Part shown: positions 50,094-64,000 of the stretch, in pieces
Layout of the letters: each line of letters begins with the position of its first letter
Position numbering within the stretch: the stretch's first letter is position 1
NCBI GenBank assembly: GCA_964016885.1
Contig: OZ024742.1
Coordinates: 226,672,001 to 226,736,000, forward strand
Origin: Eledone cirrhosa
Lineage: Eukaryota
Direction of reading: 5' to 3'
Length of the DNA: 64,000 nt
Program-made: the position numbers and the translations under genes
Notes under the pieces: generated by a model
What the model was told of the DNA's origin: nothing
Database searches by the model: none
The model's input: the letters and a program-made list of their open reading frames with translations, nothing else

Positions 50094-50824
50094 GTTCCCT
50101 ATTTCTTTCTTACTCAAATTTACACCCTTTCTTTTTCCTTGCTACTGTATATCCCTTTCTGTCCCCTCCCCCTCCCCCTCTTTGTATCGTTCTCACATAA
50201 ACTCTTTCATTCTTTCTTTCTTTCTTTCTTCTCACTACTATCTCTCTATCTCACTCCCCCCTCTCTACCTCGTTCTCTTACTCTCTAACCCTATCGTCCT
50301 CCACCCCCCACACCACCCCACCTTCCCCGCCATATTAAAACAGACAATTTGCTTCCAAAGATCTCACGAAGAAGGTCATCAACTTCTATTTATTCTCTCT
50401 TAAAAGTTCCATCTTTAAACATCATGGCTTCAGACATTGCAAAAATATGTCGTCTGGTTCATCAGAACAACTTGATATATTCCCTCTCAAATACACTCCT
50501 TCATCTTCTCGCCCTCGTTGCTGACCATAATGAGGGGGAGTGGAAAGTTGGTGGGGGGTCAAGCAATCCCCCCCCCCTCGTCATCACTGCCATCATCACC
50601 ATCACCATTACCATCACCATCATCATCATCACCATCATCAACATCATCGTCATCATCGCCGCCGTCGTCGTCGTTGTCCTCGTCATCGACGGCATCATCA
50701 TGGTTGTCGTTATCGTCATCATCATCGTTAACATCATCGTCATCAACAATTTCCATTATCATTATCTTTATCGTCGTTATTGTCATCATAATAGCCATCA
50801 TGGTTGCCATCGCCTTAATCATTA

Positions 50825-50865
<41 letters not shown>

Positions 50866-51226
50866 ATCATTATCGTCGTCATAATAAGCATCAGAAACGT
50901 CAACATCATAGTCATCACCATCATAGTCACCACCATCATTATCGTCATTGGCAACACGTAATGGTATTCATCGTCATAGTCATCATCATCATCATCATCA
51001 TCGTGATATTCATAATCGTCATCATCATCATCATCATCATCGTCATGATAATCACCATCACTATCGTCATAATCATCATCATCATCGTCATGACAATCAT
51101 CATCATCGTCATGATAATCATCATCATCATCGTCATGATAATCATCATCATCATCGTCATCGTCAGTCTTGATAAACAACATGGTCGCCATAGACATTAT
51201 CATCATCATCATTATCATGTCTAACT

Positions 51227-51302
<76 letters not shown>

Positions 51303-51833
51303 AAGACCACTACAATCACCACCACCACCACCACCACCACCACCACCACCACCATCATCACTACCACCATTACAACAAGCTTCAGACATCGCCATTACAA
51401 CGAACTGAGAAAAGTAGGTCACCGCCGCCGTCTGCCTATTCTCTCATACACTCTTCCTCTCTACCATCCCTTCTCTCTCCTTCTTTCTTCTTCTTGCTGC
51501 TGTTGTTGTGATTGTTGTTCTCCAGCTCTTACAAGACATTATCCTCCACCCTTCGGTAGCTGTTCTTTCAGTTTGCTTTCCCTCCCGCCGTGGGTTTTTC
51601 TGTTTGCTCCTAGTTGCATACCTCCCCGCTGACATCACTTACCGTGGACGGAGCAGCAGCAACGGCAGTGACAGCAGCAACAGCAGCATCATCATCACCA
51701 GTAGTAGTGGTGGTGGTGGTGGTGGTGGGGTAGTAGTAGTAGTAGCGGCAGCGGTAGAAGCAGCAGCAGTGATAGCAGCAACATCATCACCACAACTAGT
51801 AGTAGTAGTAGTAGTGGTAGCAGCAGCAGCAAC

Positions 51834-51888
<55 letters not shown>

Positions 51889-52677
51889 CTAGTAGTAGTA
51901 GCAGCAGCAGCAGCAGCAGATCCACTGATGAAAACACATTCCCGATCTAAACGTTGCTTATGAATTGCATTTCTTTCTCTCCTTCTCTCTCATTCTCAGT
52001 CTTGTTCTTTCTCTTTCTTTCCCATTCACCCCCTCTCTCTCTCTTCCACTGTCTCTTTCACTTTTTCTCACACCCTCACTCTTTCCCTCTCCCACCATCT
52101 CTCACGTCAACCATGCCGATATATCTGCAAAGAAAGTATAAATATCAACATTCCATTCTGTTTTCCCTTGCCCCAGCATGGCCGCGGTCTAATGATTGAA
52201 ACCAGTAAAATAATAAAATATTCAAAGAATATCCGAACTGCCATGTTCTCTCTTCTCATCTCTCACCATTTTTCTTTAACACCTATTTGATATTACACGA
52301 ATTTAGAATAATATTAATTTGGTATAACACCCTGATTATATTATATCAATGTCTCTATAACGCTAATTTGAGGTTGACGTTCTAGACAGGAAGAAGTTGA
52401 TGTTGATGTAGTGGTATGGTTATCGTTGGTGTGATGAGAGGAGCAGGAGAGGGGGGGGGGGGAGATTAATGAGTTGGACGATCCTGAGTAGTGGTGGTAG
52501 GATTCTAGTCCAGTTCTCAGAAACAGAGATCATTGATGTGGTGGCAGAATAAGCGTGTCAGTAAGGGTCTTTATGACAATTAATTGAGTGGTCCTCTTCT
52601 GAGTGTTGTCTTGGATGTTAGTGTAAACAGCAGCACCATCCTAGATGTGGGAGCATTATTCTATTGTGGGTCTCAGT

Positions 52678-52843
52678 CAGTGTTGGATTTACCATTGTGC
52701 TTAGGTGTGCTTAAGCACATGCCCCCGTTGGCCAGTAGGGGCCCATCTTCCTGGCCAAACATTTTTTACCATGAATTTTTCAAATGTTTGGGGCCTCATA
52801 ACTTAACTAGCACAGGGCCTCATTTGTCCTAAATCCGACACTG
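52678..52843. mobile_element. hAT (Tip100-like) MITE; second copy at 46180-46350
   Basis: TIRs CAGTGYYGGATTTA and an 8-bp TSD GTCTCAGT/GTCTCAAT. Confidence 0.8.
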
Positions 52844-55025
52844 GTCTCAATTGCGTCCTGTAGGAGTCATTAGTTGTGTGGGGTCGAAGTATTTTCTGAT
52901 CTTGAAGTAAAGGGTCAGTGTTTGAGTTGTTGCTATAGCCATCACTCGCAATCGAGTATGGCTTTGATTTTAGGTTCCAGGCAGTCACGAACAGACACGG
53001 ATATCCTCCCGACCCTCGCTCCCTTGATCCAGCGGAACATCCAGTATATAACAAATGAAAAGAGAGGTGATCGCGCTAGCACTGGACAGATACATTCATA
53101 ATAGACCTCCCCCAAAACATGATAAGCAAAGGAGACTTCGGAGGGATTTAAACTCGGAATACAGAAAACCGGAACGCTCAAATTTGAATACGGGAGAATG
53201 AGTCCCCTATTCCTAATGCTGTTATTTAGGCAATTATTTCCATTCTCCTTCCAATGATGAAAACATTTAGTTTGATCAAACGACCACCTTTTGTTATCTA
53301 CTCCGTGGCCACAAGTTAAAAAAAAAAAATTCTTACGCTGAAACAAAGTCAGAATTCCGAGTGGTGGGCTGAGATGATTATATCTACACCAGTAATAAAC
53401 CACCAATTTGTTATATTGAACTCACAGCGCAGAGATTCGGAATAACTATCCAACACTCGAACGACTGTACAAAATCGACTCCTTGACAGGCGAGCATCTT
53501 TAACGGAATATATTTTGTTACAAGTAATCAGGCCAAGTTCCCAGTCTAAGCGTAATCTCCTCTCACCACTCTTGTGGGCCTTTCTTCTGTAATTGGTATG
53601 GTATGGTATGGTATGGTATGGTTCCGTAACTCCTGATAGAGACATACGGCGTTTCTTGGGTATTTTAAGCCTGGCGAATCCCATCCCTCTCCAGACCTAA
53701 GTACATCAGATTTCTTCCAAGAAGAATCGACACCAGTACAAGACTGGTACTTTTTTGATCGATCTCGAAAGGATGAAAGGCAAAATTGACCTCGGCGGGA
53801 TTTGAAGTCAGAGAGCAGAGAGTCGGAATGAATACCATAAAGCATTCTATCCGACATTTTAAAGACTCTGGCAATTCGCCGCCTATCTCCTGTAATTACG
53901 GCACTAAAATAGATGCAGGCATGGTTGAATGGTTAAAAAGTTCGCTATGTAATCTTAAGGTTTCGGTTTCTATCCCACTGCGAGGCTTCTTGGGCAAGTA
54001 TCATTTATCGTAGCCTCTGGTTTTAAGCCAAAACTTGTTTTGTGAGTGAAATTGGGGAGATGGGAACTGCTTAGAAGCCCACCAGATAGATTGTACCTGT
54101 CATATACTGTGTTACGCTGAATCTACGTGTTAATTGCATTGAGGGTATGTGGCTGTGGAATTCTCAGCTACATATACTCTAATATAAGATGGACTGAGTC
54201 TGTAATTCAAAGTGTCATCGTTGCCAAACACTCGTAACGCTGAATCTCCCTGAGAATTACGGTTGGTGTACACGCGTCTGTGGACTATTCATCACCTTAC
54301 ATGTTAATTCATGAGTTGGATTTTCAGTTGATCGAACAACTGAATGCACGTTGTCGAAACTGACGGAGGATTCATCAATCCATTAGAAGAACATTTGGTA
54401 GAACATTGAGCCTTTGATTCCTTATAGAGTTGTAGGGACGTTGTCCTGACACACGGTGTGATTTGAACTTTTTAAACTTAGCAGAACCTATACCTTTTCA
54501 GGTTGGAACACAATCACTTTCTTCCAGAGAACGAGAGGGATTGAGAGAGTATGAAGGAGAGAAAAAGAGTAAAGAGTGAGTGAGTGTGAGAGAGGGGGGG
54601 GGGGGGGGTAAAGAGATATAGATAAGAACCAACGGCAGAGGTAGACTGATAATTTATTTATCGACCCCGAAAATATGAAAGATAAAGTTGACCACGGCAG
54701 AATTTGACCTCAGAGCGCAGTGATTAGGAACAGATACCGAGGCATGTTTCCAATGCGAAGTCTTAACGATTCCACCAATTAATTTTCTTTTGGTAGAACA
54801 CTAATCTTGTGTTCTAACAACTTTTATATAAACCCATTTTCGTTTCGTTCATTCCGTTTCGTTTCATCTCTCCCAATTTATTGGTTCCGTCACTCTTATT
54901 CTATCATTCCACTTTTTCATTTTACATATATTTTCAATGTTTTTTATCCATTGTATTATTCAATATAATGAGTCACATTTGTTTCTGTCACTGTCAGTCA
55001 GTCTGTGTCTCTCTTTCTGCCATTT

Positions 55026-55106
<81 letters not shown>

Positions 55107-55109
<3 letters not shown>

Positions 55110-55297
55110 AACAAGTAAGACCCCGACGGCTGAGCTCAAGCCGTTTCGATGGCTAATTCTATACAGAATTAGCCGTCGAAACGGCTTGAGCTCAGCCGTC
55201 GGGGTCTTACTTGTTCCTATTACCCACTCTACTACCCTAAGTATTGAGTACTTTGGTGCGTTATGGTCCACCTGGTTCCTTACCACATTTCCTTCGT

Positions 55298-55298
<1 letters not shown>
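55107..55298 (+). mobile_element. Mini-family P1, fold-back form
   Basis: 55107-55160 is the reverse complement of 55165-55220; tail with hairpin at 55226-55249; (TA)n on both sides. Confidence 0.85.
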
Positions 55299-55371
<73 letters not shown>

Positions 55372-56070
55372 ATAGGCATACGTCAAGACGGGCGGTCTCA
55401 AAAGTGAAACTAAATTTTGACAGTTACGAATGTGAATTTGTTTTTTTTTTTACTAGTGAAAGTATAATGCAGACACGCAATTGTATGGATTTCTTAATAT
55501 ATATATATGTGTGGGCGTGTATATGTGTGTATATATATGTGTGTTTGTGTGTATATATATGTGTCTGTATATATATATATGTGTATGTATATATATATAT
55601 TTATGCACACATACACATTTGTATAAATTTGTAGATGTATATATATATGCATGTACATCTACAAATTCATACAAATGTGTATGTGTGCATAAATATATAT
55701 ATACATACACATATATATACAGACACATTTATATACACACAAACACACATATATATATACACACAAACACATATATACACACAAACATATATATACGTCT
55801 AAACCCATGCTTGCGTGGAAGATAGACGTTAAACGATGATAATGACACAAACACATATATATATACAAACACACATATATATATATATATACATACACAC
55901 ACACATATATATACACACATATACACACCCACACATATATATATATTAAGAAATCCATACAATTGCGTGTGTCTGCATTATACTTTCACTAAAAAAACAA
56001 ACAAATTCACATTCGTAATTGTCAAAAATTAGTTTCACTTTTGAGACCGCCCGTCTTGACGTATGCCATA
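55372..56070. mobile_element. ~700-bp fold-back/MITE-like palindrome with a short RTE 3' tail inserted in the right arm
   Basis: Termini GGCATACGTCAAGACGGGCGGTCTCAAAAGTG and its reverse complement; symmetry centre about 55645; 55797-55846 resembles 6779-6830. Confidence 0.75.
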
Positions 56071-56086
56071 TGTATATATATATATA

Positions 56087-56987
56087 TACCCCCTCCGCCT
56101 CCGTGGTATTTTCTTCGGGGTTACAAGAGGCTTAGCTCTGTTTCTCGACCGTTATATCGCGTGACTATCTCCCCCTCCGCCTTTTGGGATTCTTTCTCAC
56201 GTCGTGTAGACGCGTTCTTGAGGCTAGTAAAATGAGGTATCCTCTTGATAAGTCGGCAGACCTCGCAAGGACTCTATATCTTTATGATGTATTGTTTTTG
56301 TTTATGCCACGAAACTACGTAGTCGAGGAATTTAGGAACAGTTTAGGTATGATACATTTTATTACTAATTATATCTAAATGTTTCTTCTCTCTTCATAAT
56401 GTATTTTTAACTCTGATACTGGTTCAGTCTGGTTCAACCGGATTGGTCTGTCCCAGTCATTCATTGAGCTACATCGGTGAGGTTGGCACCCTTAACTCAC
56501 GGTTGGGTGTGGATGCATTCATGTATATGTGTGTGTCTGCATGTATCTGTGTGTTTCTAAATATATTGTTAATAACTCCCTCTGGTTGAGTAATCTTTGA
56601 AGTGTGGTGACTGCTGGAAAGCTGCCATTACTCATACTTCTCGTCCCCTTCACCACCTCTTCTACGGCTTCGATATAAATACCCCCTCCGCCTCCGTGGT
56701 ATTTTCTTCGGGGTTATAAGAGGCTTAGCTCTGTTTCTCGACCGTTATATCGCGTGACTATCTCCCCGCCTTTTGGGATTCTTTCTCACGTCGTGTAGAC
56801 GCGTTCTTGAGGCTAGTAAAATGAGGTATCCTCTTGATAAGTCGGCAGACCTCGCAAGGACTCTATATCTTTATGATGTATTGTTTTTGTTTATGCCACG
56901 AAACTACGTAGTCGAGGAATCTAGGAACAGTTTAGGTATGATACATTTTATTACTAATTATATCTAAATGTTTCTTCTCTCTTCATA

Positions 56988-56992
<5 letters not shown>
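56087..56992 (+). mobile_element. Non-coding partial-tandem element with two hammerheads 589 nt apart (retrozyme-like or non-autonomous PLE)
   Basis: Direct repeats 56087-56403 and 56679-56992; HHR tcctc-TTGATAA-gtcggca..tgccac-GAAA-ctacgtag-TC^-gagga at 56240-56329 and 56829-56918; (TA)n on both flanks. Confidence 0.8.
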
Positions 56993-57051
<59 letters not shown>

Positions 57052-57199
57052 TATCAGAGAACGCTAATAGCGATACTCCGGCCAAATCCCAACTCACTCA
57101 ACAAACATTAGGAAATAAGTGATTATATTCCTAATTAAATGTTCGGGGTGCTAACTAATTGTATTGTGTGGAAAATTGGCTGTATTATTTCATATGAGA

Positions 57200-57294
<95 letters not shown>

Positions 57295-57582
57295 ATATAT
57301 ATATATATATATAAAACTATCTACCTATCTACCTGTCTGTCTATCTAGTTAACTAGCTAGTGCTATGTAAAATGGCTTAAACAAAATGACACATGAAAAA
57401 ATATATATAGGAAAAAGTATGACGTTTCGACGGCTATTTCTGGACTGAGTCCAGAAATAGCCGTCGAAAGGGCTTGAGCTCTGTCGTCGGGGTCATACTT
57501 TTTCCCATTTCTCACTCTACTACCCTAAGTATTGAGTACTCTGGTGCGTTATGGTCCATCTGGTTCCTTACCACAATTCCTT

Positions 57583-57625
<43 letters not shown>

Positions 57626-57643
57626 TTTATGTATCTGCCTGTC

Positions 57644-57697
<54 letters not shown>

Positions 57698-58622
57698 CTT
57701 ATCTTCCTATCTATCTATCTATGAGTCTATCTACCTATCTATTTATCTCTCTATTCATCTTGCTTCTAAACTTACCTCCCGTCATTCTCTTCTAAACTTA
57801 CCTCCCGTCATTCTCTCTCAATAACTCTCACTACTTCGTGATGACTCTCTCTCTCTTTCTTTCTCTCTCTGTCTCTCCTTCCTCTTTCTCCCTCTCTCCC
57901 TCCCTTTCTCTGTCTTTTCCTCCATTCCTTCACAGATTTGGCGTGAGTGAGTGTGGAGTGAGTAGCGGGAAATGCAGGCTTAGTAATGTTCTTGGTGTGG
58001 TCAAACAAGAAGTTGACAAAAAACTAAATTCGTCAGTTAACCAAAAACTGAAAGTTGAAATTATTTTGAGAATAGAGTGCATAACTGTGAGATATGGATA
58101 CACATAATAGGTCTTTGGCCAGCCTATAGCACTAAATACCCAGGCGACATTCAATCTTCGCCAGTAGTTCATCCATGAAATGCTGTTCGTTGAAGCTAGT
58201 TCTTCCGTTATTTCCAAGTTGGCATCAATTTCCCGTCGAATGAACAAGAACAACGCAGACTTGTCAGACACATCTGTTGAGTCATGAAGAACCAGAGAAA
58301 ACTACTGGATCTCTTGTCGAAGTCTCTTTATTATTTAATTATTACTCTTTATTATTTAAAAATTGCTTAGAACGTTACTTCCTCCTTTATATTTTCTTTT
58401 TCACATTCCTAATTAATGTGCTTTACAGAAAGACCATCATTTTGGAATAAATCCATTTCTTTGGACACATGTATGGCTGTATTGTTAAAGAGTTTACTTC
58501 GAAACCGTGTGGTTTCAGATTCAGTTCCACTACGTGGAATCTTGTGCGAGTGTCGTTTACTTCTATAGCCTCGGGTTGACAAATGCCTTACAGTGAAATT
58601 TGGAAATTTGGTATATATATAT

Positions 58623-59255
58623 AATAGAATTAGAATTTAGCTTCGAGCATAGCTGTATACAAATATGTATTGGAATTTCATATTTCTAAAGAAATACGGT
58701 ATGTTTATAAACAAACATTTAGAAAGCCGTAGCTATGCAAAAACACCGGCGGCTAACGCCACCTGGTGGTCTCCAGCAGAAGCAAGGGGGACAATCGTCG
58801 ATGCATTTCGAACTGAACTGGTTCTCATCAGGACGATCCCTCCGCTCTTCTGCTGGACACCGCCAGGTGGCAATAGCCACCGGTGTTTTTGTATAACTAC
58901 TGCTTTCTAAATGTTTATTTATAGACATACCGTATTTTTTAGGAATACGAAATTGCCATACATATCTGTATATAGCTATGTTCGAAGCTAAATTCTAATT
59001 CTACTCTATTATAAGTTGAGCCAAATTATACAGCTTCATATGCAAATGACATTAATCACCTCATTTACACAGACGAGAAAACTATATATTCTCACCTGTT
59101 TTCAATTCCAGCAGTTGCAAGAGCGGGAGGGGTCGTCCTGATGATTGTCCCTCTTGCTTCTGTTGGACAGGCGGTGGTTTTTGCACAGCTACTGCTTTCT
59201 AAATGTTTATTTATAAACATACCGTATTTCTTTAGAAATACGAAATTCCAATACG
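58623..59255. mobile_element. Fold-back cassette with a central hammerhead plus a second, deleted copy
   Basis: Arms 58623-58785 and 58845-59003; tail to 59082; copy 59095-59255 has lost its HHR core through a GATGA/GACGA microhomology deletion. Confidence 0.8.
58794..58837 (-). ncRNA. Minimal type I hammerhead ribozyme
   Basis: atcgtc-CTGATGA-gaac cagttca gttc-GAAA-tgca-TC^-gacgat. Confidence 0.85.
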
Positions 59256-59268
59256 CACACATACACAC

Positions 59269-59445
<177 letters not shown>

Positions 59446-59447
59446 CT

Positions 59448-60040
59448 AACAAGGGCAGGTCATTTCGAAATGACCTGCCTTTGTTAGAACTTTCGAATAA
59501 TCTTCATAAAAGAAATCAAATTCAACCACCGGAGGACATCTTTGTTTTTTTAACAGGCTGAATGAGTTGGGGTACATAACCCAACGAAACTTAACTACCT
59601 GTATATGTCACTGTTGAAACTAATTATACTTAACTCGTCCTATGGACTGAGTGCTCTTACCCTTGGACATTTCTACCAAATTTCTACTACAGTATATTTA
59701 AAACTACTACCACCTCTATTAGCCAACTAACAGAGAACGAAGGATAACCTGGGACAGAAACATGAACTTTCCTCTCTAAATATGTATGTAAAAACTAATA
59801 ATTTTTCTTCCCCATTATATTATTATTCGTATAAATATGCAACTTAACTTCACTTTCACTTCCACGGTTGAAAAAGCATATAATGCTGAAACCGGTACCA
59901 CTATTAAATGCGGAAATACCCACTTTATAAATAAATGTTTTGATAAAGTGAAAAAATCCCTCCAGTATTTTCTACTGAATGTTTTGCTTTTTACTATTTG
60001 TTTATATATATCAACTCGTGGGTCACTTTTCTTCATTCCA
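59448..60040 (+). mobile_element. PLE terminal-repeat remnant related to 63860-64000, with a 5' snap-back hairpin and a U3:A8 HHR
   Basis: Hairpin 59448-59484; gg-TTGAAAA-agcat ata atgct-GAAA-ccgg-TA-cc at 59866-59899; shared ACTTTCCTCTCT...AAATATGCAACTTAAC. Confidence 0.6.
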
Positions 60041-60676
60041 TATATATATATATATGATGGCTGCCCCCTCGTTATCGAGTATGACCATTGCGCGATATAC
60101 CATTATTAATAATTATTAATTAATTCTATCGTGCAATGCCTGTGCGTGAAGATATTTTTTTAAGTGAGGAAAGACTGTGCACTGAGCCAATCCCACTCAC
60201 TGAGCAACAGTAGCTATAACCCTAAAAGAAGAAAATATCAACATCATCGGTAACTACCGAGCCGCAGGTTTTATATCGGAGTTATCCCAGTTTCCTGAGT
60301 TGCCTTCTCCTAGAAGAATGCCCTGACAAAGGCTAGGGGCCCTTCACTCCCAGTGGTTTAACCGCGCGATCGGGTGTCCAGCCCGACTATTTCTATGTCC
60401 GCGCGCATATAATTACACATGCACCCATGTATATACACATATACATATACATACATATGTACATGTGTATATACATATTTACACACTTTGGGATGACCGT
60501 TGACCCTTATGAGTTCTTCCGCTCTTTGTCAGGTTTTGTTTTTTGTCCTGCAGGGTGTCCAAAATCACCCTCCTCACCAAGTAAACTTGGTGGGATTGCC
60601 GGTTTAGTCGCCGACGACCCGACCATGTGACAGGTTGTACTGGGTTACATGTTACCAGTACACTCAAGAGTGACCC

Positions 60677-60739
<63 letters not shown>

Positions 60740-60957
60740 GTGTGTATAATGGTAGCTATGGTGCTTCCATAGGCGGTATGCCAAAATTAGCACTCAATAT
60801 TCATACAGAGCGAATTGCATGTGTCCGAAGGAACCTGCAGCCGTAGAATCAGCTAGATCCATACAGTGATCATATCTCGAGCTACCTCCCGGCGAAACAA
60901 TTGTAACACGCAATAAACTGAGTCCAGATGCATCACTAATTTTTCGTTTTTTTATAC

Positions 60958-61062
<105 letters not shown>

Positions 61063-61137
61063 ACATAGCAGAGTGTAAATATTTAATATATAATATACAA
61101 GTGGTCCTGTAGAAGCCATTTCTATATTATATATACA

Positions 61138-62652
61138 GACTAGCAGAAAACCACCCACGGGTGGTTTTCTGCTAGTATATATATATATTACACACACAGA
61201 AATGTATATATATTTCTGTGTGTATATATATATATATTACACACACAGAAATATATATATATTTCTGTGTGTATATATATATATTTCTGTGTGTGTATAT
61301 ATATATATATTACACACACACAGAAATGTATATATGTTTCTGTAGCACTCCTCAATTCCCCCCTCTCCCTCTCGCTATCCCCCTCTTGTAGTCTGTCTCT
61401 TTCTTTCACTCTCACTCTCTATCTACGCGTGCGCAAAAAACATTCGCACGCGCGCACGTGTTTTAGCGTCTATTCACTCTCTCTCTCTCTCCCTCTCTCC
61501 CTCCCGCTATCCCCCTCTCGTAGTCTGTCTCTTTCTTTCACTCTCACTCTCTCTCTACGCGTGCGCAAAAAACATTCGCACGCGCGCACGTGTTTCCACT
61601 GTCGGACAGACAGACAGAGAAATTTCTGGTTATATATTATAAGGAGATTACATATACATATGTAACTATGTATATCATCCTTATCATCCCCATTATATAT
61701 ATATATATAATATGGGCCGAAGCCGAAAAAAATTTTGTTTGGCAGCTCTAATTGCGCCTTAATTTTATTCAAAAAATTGTATACTAACATATTCGAATAC
61801 CAGGCACTATTGGAGTCAACAATAGCAGCGTCCTGAGGGTCATTACAAAACACAAATTCGCGAGAATTAGTGTTTAAGTCTTAGAAGGTGGTAAAAAAAT
61901 TCACAAAATCTTCCATTCTTTTAAAAAAATAATTTATTTTTAATAATATTTAAATAACTGGCGGTTAGAAAAAAATATTCCTATGAAATTTTAATCATAC
62001 CATTAGGTGTGATAAGGAAATATTTTTTTATTGTCAAAACAAATGTTCAAAAGTTAAACTTCAATTTTTTGAATTATTTCCAATTTTTTCATGAAATTGA
62101 ACACTGGACATTGGCTGCTGGAAATGGAAATGAAATCGTATTTAATTGTACTTAAATTTCGAACCTTATTTTATTATTTATATTTTTTCAATAAGAAATA
62201 AAAAAAAACAACAAAAAAAATTTAAGAAAAAAATTGAACAAATCAAACGTAGGTTATGGAACTGCGCAATCTGATTAATAAATTACCTCATCAGCAGCAA
62301 CCTTCTTCAAATGGTCCTTATTATCAGCAGCAACAACCACAAATTCAATGGCAACCTTCTTCAAACCACATGGTGTCAAGTCAGAACCGCCTCGAACTGG
62401 TTACTTCTGGCTTGTGCAAGGTGTCTCTATAGCAACCAGCGATTCCCTAGGCCTCAGTGACCAAAGTCAGTGGAGAGGGGAAGGTAATGTTTCTATAGCA
62501 CGTGTTTTAGCGTCTATTCACTCTCTCTCCCTCTCTCCCTCCCGCTATCCCCCTCTCGTAGTCTGTCTCTTTCTTTCACTCTCACTCTCTCTCTACGCAC
62601 GTGTTTCCACTGTCGGACAGACAGACAGAGAAATTGCTGGTTATATATATAA
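61138..62652 (-). mobile_element. Non-autonomous Helitron-like repeats (two related segments)
   Basis: Reverse-complement starts TATATAACCAG..TTTCTCTGTCTGTCTGTCCG at about 61640 and 62650; CTAGT-ended palindrome 61139-61176; internal ~110-bp repeats. Confidence 0.5.
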
Positions 62653-62674
62653 GTAGATATATATATATAAATAC

Positions 62675-64000
62675 GACTAGAAGAATTAAAGAACATACTT
62701 ATTAGCAGGAATTACCCACCATCCCTAATCAACAATGGATTCCAACGTGCCCTAAAACTCAACATCCAGGAACTTAGACACCCAAACCAAGGAATGAATC
62801 AAAACTGAAAACTCTACCATACATCTCCACACACAGCCCCCTTAACAATGAGGCATTCGACACCATCCTCCAGAACATACCTTTACTAAAAAGAGACCTA
62901 AGAATGAACCAAATCCTCCAAACGCACAATATCATAAAGAGCAAAAGTGAAGCTAAGTCAATAAAAAACATCCTTACACAGGCCAAAGTCCAGCTGACCC
63001 CCCCCCCCCCACAATGAACCCTACAGTAAAAAAATGCGGAAGACCCAACTGTGGTATATGTACCAATCTAATAGAGGGATCAGAGTTCCACTTCAAACAA
63101 GGACAACACTTTACAGTTAAGTGCAATTTCACATGTGCATCAGAAAATATGATCTATGTGTTGACCTGCTCAGGTTGTCGGGAGCACTACATAGGACAGA
63201 CCCAAAACAACCTCCGACAACGTATGACCGTCCATAGATCCCAAATCAAAATACGGGAATACAGAAAGATAGCACTAAGTGAACACATCGCGACCTGTGC
63301 ATTCAATGAACAACCCAATTTTAGAATTTTTCCCATCTACAAATTCAAAGGCAACGCTTCCTACATCCAACGCATTAGCAAGAAATCACAATTTATCGCC
63401 AAATACGAACCCATTCTACATGCTTCCACTTCAGACTAAACCAAAGCTAGCACAGTTTAAAATCAACACCCTAGACAAGATTCCAGCAACCTATGACAAC
63501 TATATAATGCAGACCAAGCAACCACATCGTAACACCCACATCACCCTAAATCTAAAATTACTGCTAGGGATGGAATTAATATTTCAATAACTCTAAATCT
63601 TCTTTGTGGCAAAAAAAAAAACAAGGTCAATGTTGATGATTTCTTCTAAGAAAAAATACCAAGACAAATATTTTTAGAAGCCCCCCCCCCCCCCTCGTCA
63701 ACTCTAAGGTCACTCAGCCTTTCAAACCAATCCCAGCCAAACCTTGTATCCACTATTCAACCTTCCCCTACCTCCTCCCCTCCCCCTCCTTCTCCTCGCC
63801 CTCCTGCCTCTACCCTCTTCAGTCACAACAAAGCCACTAGCAGAGAAAGATGGACTGACAAAATGACTTTCCTCTCTGAAGGAAAACGTATGTGAAAATT
63901 AACTTTTCTTTCCCTCTTTATATTTTCTTTTTTTCTTTTTTTTGTTATTATCATTATCTTCACTACTTGTACAAATATGCAACTTAACAATATTCTGCAT
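62675..64000 (+). mobile_element. Neptune/Naiad-like PLE 3' fragment (GIY-YIG plus 3' UTR), running off the window
   Basis: ORF 63014-63439 contains KKCGRPNCGIC, FTCASENMIYVLTCSGCREHYIGQT, LRQRMTVH and LSEH; an upstream thumb-like frame includes NYPPSLI and TLPYISTH. Confidence 0.88.

Noticed and set aside
51643-51926. Minus-strand exon with a GTAAGT donor and a signal-peptide-like Leu run
   Set aside because: Almost entirely trinucleotide repeat; the splice signals alone are insufficient.
55160-55298. P1 as a circularly permuted (type II) hammerhead
   Set aside because: No CUGANGA follows any plausible stem I downstream of the GUC site.
57935-58330. Complex sequence after a polypyrimidine-CAG acceptor
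   Set aside because: All three plus-strand frames stop early and no protein is recognisable; it could be UTR but this is unsupported.
62675-63439. Selenocysteine (UGA) recoding as described for some Naiad PLEs
   Set aside because: No in-frame TGA in the GIY-YIG ORF and no SECIS element recognised.

Overview
AT-rich, microsatellite-dense eukaryotic DNA, intronic or intergenic. The repeat content (tRNA-derived SINEs, RTE and Dong/R4 LINEs, many Penelope-like elements) suggests an octopod cephalopod; this is an inference. Nearly all ORF-track entries are translation artefacts of (TA)n, (CA)n or trinucleotide repeats. Real coding remnants are transposon-derived: an RTE LINE (3.9-6.9 kb), two RLE-type Dong/R4 fragments, CR1-like and Tx1-like fragments, and at least six Penelope-like (PLE) RT/GIY-YIG fragments, one nearly full length (10.35-13.85 kb). 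One possible host terminal exon lies at 41457-41638. The main unexplained signal is a set of more than 12 sequence-unrelated small non-coding cassettes inserted into (TA)n. They carry about 17 type I hammerhead ribozyme (HHR) motifs, three families having a compensatory U3:A8 core, and usually a fold-back (inverted) architecture. They also share a covarying bulged stem-loop (RYUC-stem-loop-stem-UN-GARY) whose 5' foot lies within about 0-10 nt of the point where one arm joins the (TA)n target. A 589-nt HHR-to-HHR non-coding tandem unit (56.1-57.0 kb) looks like a retrozyme. All structures were folded by eye and none is computationally or experimentally verified.
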